This document shows, piece by piece, positions 59,401 through 64,000 of a stretch of 64,000 nt of DNA. Positions within the stretch are counted from its first letter, which is position 1. Each line of letters starts with the position of its first letter. The position numbers and the translations under genes were made by a program. The notes under the pieces are model-generated. The model did not search any database. It worked only from the letters and a program-made list of their open reading frames with translations, and was not told the DNA's origin. The DNA comes from Bugula neritina (Eukaryota; Animalia; Bryozoa), in the NCBI GenBank assembly GCA_964035545.1, contig OZ037765.1, positions 33,913,504 through 33,977,503 of the forward strand, given 5' to 3'.

Positions 59401-62400
59401 AAAGCTATTATAATGAAAGAGTAGAAAAATCTTTTAAACCCAAACCCCAAACCTCAAACCCCTACCTCAATAACCCTTATTTATTGAAAATATAGGCAAT
59501 TTGTTAGTTACTTTACCATTTGTGTCATTATTACCGGTGCCATTATTACCGGTGCCATTATTACCGGTGCCATTATTACCGGTGCCATTATTACCGGTGC
59601 CATTTTTACCAGGCACTGTATACACTATATTACCATACTCATACAGTTTAATTTCCTTGCTGAATATTGCTATGGGGGTGTTAAAAAGACCACACTTTCA
59701 TGTAGCCATGTTACAGAGAGAACTTTGACTACTATAAATAACTCTAAACAAGTCACTCTGTCTACCAGAAGAAGAGATATATAATTCCATCACAGTAATA
59801 ACTTATATCAGTTACAGAACAGTATATCAACACCAGATGTTGCAGGTTTGGAGAAATAACCTCCAGATATTATGAGCTGCCAAACTTACTACTTCCTTCA
59901 AGATTGCAAATATTATTATAAAAACTGAGTGCCCATATAGCAAATTATTATTTCACAATTTGTAGCCTCAGCATACAAAGCTGGAGTAGTAACTGAATTT
60001 TAGAAAGTTAACATGACTCTGTAATTCTGGCATCTAACCTTTAGACAACCTTGGGTACAACAGTCGTACAGGTAGTTGTGGTATGACAATGTGGGTTAGA
60101 TTAGAGGGAAGATAACTCTAATATACAGAAGTAGTTTCTTGTATAGCCTAAATACTAGCAAGTCATAGACTGTGAACTAAACAGACAGGAAGATCAGTCA
60201 GTAAGAATGACTGAGTTAGCAATAAGATAGTATATATATGATGCTACGGTAAATTGATTATGGGACATTATATATATTACAGTATCATTCTACACTATAA
60301 TATAATACACACCTGTTTGGTAGAGTTGACAGTTCACAGTGCCACATGTGCAACTCTCTCAATGATAGCAAGGATGTGAATATATTGTCAGGTAGACCTT
60401 CAGATATGTTATTCCCTGATATATTCAATACCTCAAGATTCTCCAGTGAAGATATGCTGTAACATAACATACAGGTTATAATAAAAACAAAACAAAACAA
60501 AACATGAAAACTGCAATATGCATATATAGCCTGTGTTTCTTGAATGTTTCTATGGAAGTATTAGAGACCACACCCTTATCTAGCCATGTTACAAAAAGAA
60601 CTTTGACCAATAAAACAAGTCACTCTGTCTACCAGAAGAAGAGACATATAATTCAGAATGGTTTGTGAATATCATTATAAAAACTGAGTGCCCATAGCAA
60701 ATTATTTCACAATTTGTAGCCTCAGCATACAAAGCTGGAGTAGTGACTGAATTTTAGAAAGTTAACATGACTCTGTAATTCTGGCATCTAACCTTTAGAC
60801 AACCTTGGGTACAACAGTCGTACAGGTAGTTGTGGTATGACAATGTGGGTTAGATTAGAGGGAAGATAACTCTAATATACAGAAGTAGTTTCTTATATAG
60901 TCTAAACACTAGCAAGTCATAGACTGAGAACTAAACAGGCAGGAAGATCAGACAGTAGGAATGACGGAGTCACCAATAAGATAGTATATATATATATACT
61001 ACTACGATAAATTAATTATGGGATATTATATATTTAGTTACCAATAAGATAGCATGTATGCTAATATGATAAATTAATTATGCATAATTAATTTATCATA
61101 GTATAGCATATATATCATATGGGATATTATACATATATTTATCCTGGAAATATTCTACACTATAATATAAAACACACCTGTTTGGTAGAGTTGGCAGTTC
61201 ACAGTGGCTCATGTCCAACTCTCTCAATGATAGTAAGGATGTGAATATATTGTCAGGTAGACCTTCAGATAGGTTATTATATGATATATTCAATACCTCA
61301 AGATTCTTCAGTGAAGATATGCTGTAACATAACATACAGGTATAGAAACACTCTGTAGTTCATACATACAAAGTGTGATAACAGAGTATTAGAATATTAT
61401 TATGACTCTGTATTTCTACCATCTAACTTGGAGACAACCTTGGGCATAGCAGTTATATAATGAGTAACAATGAGGGGATAACTACTATAATGAAGAAGTA
61501 GAAAGCTCACTTCATATATAACCTAGGTACTAGCAAATCATAGACTGAGAATAAACGTAGTCAAGCAGCAGTGACTGAAAAAGTAATTAGTAAAAGTTTG
61601 AATGAGTTTGTTACAGTTTGGTTAGAGCTGCATGCAGAGTTCCTATGGCAGAGGTGGGCAACTGGGCCTCCTAGGGTCACCTGTGGCTCTTTGCCCATTT
61701 TTCAGCAGCCCTTTTAATGCTTAAGATAAGCAAAAACTGTCATTGTTATTCTGATTAACACAACAGATGTTTGGTGACAAATTACTTTATTATAATAAAA
61801 TTTATTATGTGTACAATCATGTGGCCCTTCATTTTGCTGACCTCTGAACTTGGCCCTCGAGTAAAATAAGTTGCCCACTCTTGCCCTATAATATGACAGT
61901 AGTATGAGAGACAGTGTTGGTTAGATTAGAGGAAATATAACTCTAATAAACATAGAAAGTGGTTTACTATATTATATCCTAAATACTAGCAAACTGTAGC
62001 CTGAGCACTGAATAAGTTGAAAGGCTATAGTTAGTGTTTTAATATATAACTTTGAATAGTTGTGACGCTAGAGCAATGATAGACCATGATCCTCAAATCT
62101 AGTGTTAACTGTACAAAACCTTTGCTATGTATACAGACAGTTGCTGAGTTACTGATGAAATATTATATACAAATATAAATCTAGTGTTAACTGTAGAAAC
62201 CTTTGCTATGTATACAGACAGTTGCTGAGTTACTGATGAGATATTATATTTATTACATAGTATGAATAGTCACTAAATACTAGCTAGGAGTATGAATAGT
62301 CACTAAATACTAGTTAGCAGTATGAATAGTCACTAAATACTAGCTAACAGTATGAATAGTCACTAAATACTAGCTAGCAGTATGAATAGTCACTAAATAT

Positions 62401-63756
62401 TAGCTAGCAGTATGAATAGTCACTAAATACTAGCTAGCAGTATGAATAGTCACTAAATACTAGCTAGCAGTATGAATAGTCACTAAATACTAACTAACAG
62501 TATGAATAGTCACTAAATACTAGTTAGCAGTATGAATAGTCACTAAATATTAGCCAGCAGTATGAATAGTCACTAAATACTAGCTAGCAGTATGAATAGT
62601 CACTAAATACTAGCTGGTAGCATAAATAGGTGAGAGTACTCTGTGTAGTACATATTCCTCTCACTTGTTTATAACATTTTATTGGCAATATATTTACATG
62701 TTATATTTATTACAGTATCATTCTACACTACAATATAATACACACCTGTTTGGTAAAGTTGACAGTTTACAGTTCTCCATGCTCAACTCTCTCAATGATA
62801 GTAAGGATGTGAATATATTGTCAGGTAGACCTTCAGATAGGTTATTATCTGATATATTCAATACCTCAAGATTCTTCAGTGAAGATATGCTGTAACATAA
62901 CATACAGGTTATAATAAAAACAAAACAAAACAAAACATGAAAACTGCAATATGCATATACAGCCTGTGTTTCTTGAATGTTTCTATGAAGGTATTAGAAA
63001 CCACACCCTTATCTAGCCATGTTACAGAAAGAACTTTGACTAATATAAAACAAGTCACTCTGTCTACCAGAAGAAGAGATATATAATTCACAATGGTTTG
63101 TGAATATCATTATAAAAACTGAGTGCCCATATAGCAAATTATTTCACAATTTGTAGCCTCAGCATACAAAGCTGGAGTAGTGACTGAATTTTAGAAAGTT
63201 AACATGACTCTGTAATTCTGGCATCTAACCTTTAGACAACCTTGGGTATAACAGTAGTATAGGTAGTTGTGGTATGACAATGTGGGTTAGATTAGAGGGA
63301 AGATAACTCTAATATACAGAAGTAGTTTCTTATATAGTCTAAACACTAGCAAGTCATAGACTGAGAACTAAACAGACAGGAAGATCAGTCAGTAAGAACA
63401 ACTGAGTTACCAATAAGATAGTATATATATATACTACTACGGTAAATTGATTATGGGATATTATATATTTAGTTACCAATAAGATAGCATGTATGCTAAT
63501 ATGATAAAGTAATTATGCATAATTAATTTATCATAGTATAGCATATATATCATATGGGATATTATACATATATTTATCCTGGAAATATTCTACACTATAA
63601 TATAATACACACCTGTTTGGTAGAGTTGACAGTTTACAGTCCCTCATGTTCAACTTTCTCAATGATAGTAAGGATGTGAATATATTGTCAGGTAGATCTT
63701 CATATAGGTTATTCTCTAATATATTCAACACCTCAAGATTCTCCAGTGAAGATATG
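50298..63756 (-). CDS. Gene A: spliced LRR-Roc-COR-caspase (Roco-caspase fusion); 5' end outside window; one 4-bp frameshift, so possibly a null allele or recent pseudogene
   Basis: Thirteen GT-AG exons with compatible phases: 63756-63613, 62889-62746, 61321-61178, 60456-60313, 59241-59098, 55379-53373, 53204-53112, 52980-52790, 52503-52333, 52232-52010, 51286-51113, 51008-50899, 50444-50298. Motifs: LRRs, P-loop GNTMAGKTS, DMGGQ, THKD, caspase MTHG / ETCSG / KLYLFPG. Confidence 0.85.
50899..51008 (-). CDS. Gene A caspase p10 exon
   Basis: ttgtag|CA...CAG|gtaggt; SFISKRHPVYGSLMIRAL...DLYTIFKQ (equivalent to SWR..GSWFIQ). Confidence 0.88.
51113..51286 (-). CDS. Gene A caspase intersubunit linker / p10 start
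   Basis: tcacag|AG...GAGT|gtaagt, phase 1-1; ...RLNYDDLLVVKSSME resembles the D-F-L-x-x-x-S-T strand of p10. Confidence 0.8.
52010..52232 (-). CDS. Gene A caspase p20 exon 2 with catalytic His/Cys
   Basis: ttatag|GAA...GGAG|gtaaaa; VLVIMTHG (His) and MAGKPKVVILETCSG (Cys, equivalent to QACxG). Confidence 0.92.
52333..52503 (-). CDS. Gene A caspase p20 exon 1
   Basis: ttcag|GTG...GAG|gtaggt; VFTMTRKRGRALIINNMNF...RKGSDVDVENM...FHVVTHTDLKAE, the canonical start of a caspase large subunit. Confidence 0.9.
52790..52980 (-). CDS. Gene A linker exon 2 (191 nt, phase 1-0)
   Basis: ttgcag|TT...AAG|gtgatc; open acidic linker ...DLSDLSDEDENLLPDRKEVEKMKF...TDK. Confidence 0.75.
53112..53204 (-). CDS. 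Gene A linker exon 1 (93 nt, phase 1-1)
   Basis: gtatag|GT...CCTG|gtaact; open frame CQTLSDREIGMLTEFVKDLKVRRAQKISALP. Confidence 0.75.
53373..55379 (-). CDS. Gene A large exon: last LRRs + Roc GTPase + COR domain (4-bp insertion at 55306-55309)
   Basis: Acceptor ttaacag|C (phase 2), donor CCAT|gtaagt (phase 1). Roco-typical LTSPPLEVCERGVDAVRQY LRR C-cap, G1 GNTMAGKTS, G2 ETT, G3 DMGGQEVY, G4 THKD, COR-like motifs (LPLVW, YMHDCGKVLWY, FIVP). Matches the 679-aa ORF 53266-55305. Confidence 0.92.
55890..56679. mobile_element. Non-autonomous DNA transposon, possibly Academ-like
   Basis: Imperfect TIRs TAGTCTGGCAGAA / TTCTGCCACACCA plus internal inverted GGATAAAGTTTTTT; GTA flanking duplication; absent from the paralogous gene B intron. 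Confidence 0.55.
57199..57451. mobile_element. MITE with the same GGGCCACAC termini
   Basis: TA|GGGCCACAC...GTGTGGCCC|TA; absent from the paralogous intron near 12050. Confidence 0.7.
57500..58997. repeat. Same 30-bp minisatellite, split by the hAT insertion
   Basis: Tandem units on both sides of 57633-58798. Confidence 0.93.
57633..58798. mobile_element. Non-autonomous hAT element inserted in the 30-bp satellite
   Basis: TIR CAGGGTTGGGG, perfect 8-bp TSD GTTAGCAG, subterminal TAATTG repeats. Confidence 0.9.
59098..59241 (-). CDS. Gene A LRR cassette exon (144 nt, phase 2-2)
   Basis: Same splice sites; ISSLKNLEVLNILENKLSEGLPDNIFTSLLSLRELNMNQCELSTLPN. Confidence 0.9.
60313..60456 (-). CDS. 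Gene A LRR cassette exon (144 nt, phase 2-2)
   Basis: Same splice sites; ISSLENLEVLNISGNNISEGLPDNIFTSLLSLRELHMWHCELSTLPN. Confidence 0.9.
61178..61321 (-). CDS. Gene A LRR cassette exon (144 nt, phase 2-2)
   Basis: Same splice sites; ISSLKNLEVLNISYNNLSEGLPDNIFTSLLSLRELDMSHCELPTLPN. Confidence 0.9.
61649..61883. mobile_element. Old hAT-type MITE
   Basis: CAGAGGTGGGCAAC...GTTGCCCACTCTTG with a degenerate 8-bp TSD. Confidence 0.5.
62259..62628. repeat. Same 30-bp minisatellite, about 12 copies
   Basis: Tandem units. Confidence 0.93.
62746..62889 (-). CDS. Gene A LRR cassette exon (144 nt, phase 2-2)
   Basis: Same splice sites; ISSLKNLEVLNISDNNLSEGLPDNIFTSLLSLRELSMENCKLSTLPN. Confidence 0.9.
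63613..63756 (-). CDS. Gene A LRR cassette exon (144 nt, 2 LRRs, phase 2-2)
   Basis: ttacag|C...CAAACAG|gtgtgt; ISSLENLEVLNILENNLYEDLPDNIFTSLLSLRKLNMRDCKLSTLPN. Confidence 0.9.
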
Positions 63757-64000
63757 CTGTAACATAACATACAGGTATAGAAACACTCTGTAGCTCATAC
63801 ATACAAAGTGTGATAACAGAGTTTTAGAATAATATTATGACTCTGTATTTCTACCATCTAACTTGGAGACAAACTTGGGCATAGCAATTATATAATGAGT
63901 AACAATGAGGGCAGAACTACTATAATGAAGAAGTAGAAAGCTCATTTTATATATAACCTAGGAACTAGTAAATCATAGACTGAGAATAAACGCATTCAGG

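Overview
AT-rich, intron-containing eukaryotic DNA. A caspase, Gypsy/ISL2EU/hAT elements and a tRNA-derived SINE point to an invertebrate animal; the species cannot be read from the sequence. The window holds two head-to-tail paralogous minus-strand genes built from the same 144-nt, phase-2/phase-2 LRR cassette exon. Gene A (50298 to beyond 63756; 5' end outside the window) splices in phase into LRR(n)-Roc GTPase-COR-linker-caspase (p20+p10), i.e. a Roco protein carrying a caspase where a kinase or death domain usually sits. It has one 4-bp frameshifting insertion at 55306-55309. Gene B (10265-29886) encodes an about 387-aa LRR-only paralogue that stops exactly at the LRR/Roc boundary. The nine cassettes have a nearly invariant framework, but the residues on the LRR ligand-binding face vary strongly. 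In a recent two-exon duplication the exons differ more (about 8-9%, nearly all non-synonymous) than the intron between them (about 3-4%, hand count). Together this suggests a diversifying, exon-shuffled cytoplasmic immune-receptor/cell-death system. The rest of the window contains a full-length decayed Gypsy with a spliced C2H2 zinc-finger accessory gene, a fold-back ISL2EU-type transposon, several MITE/hAT/CACTA-like elements, a four-copy 2.2-kb tandem duplication between the genes, satellites, and the last two exons of an unknown plus-strand gene.
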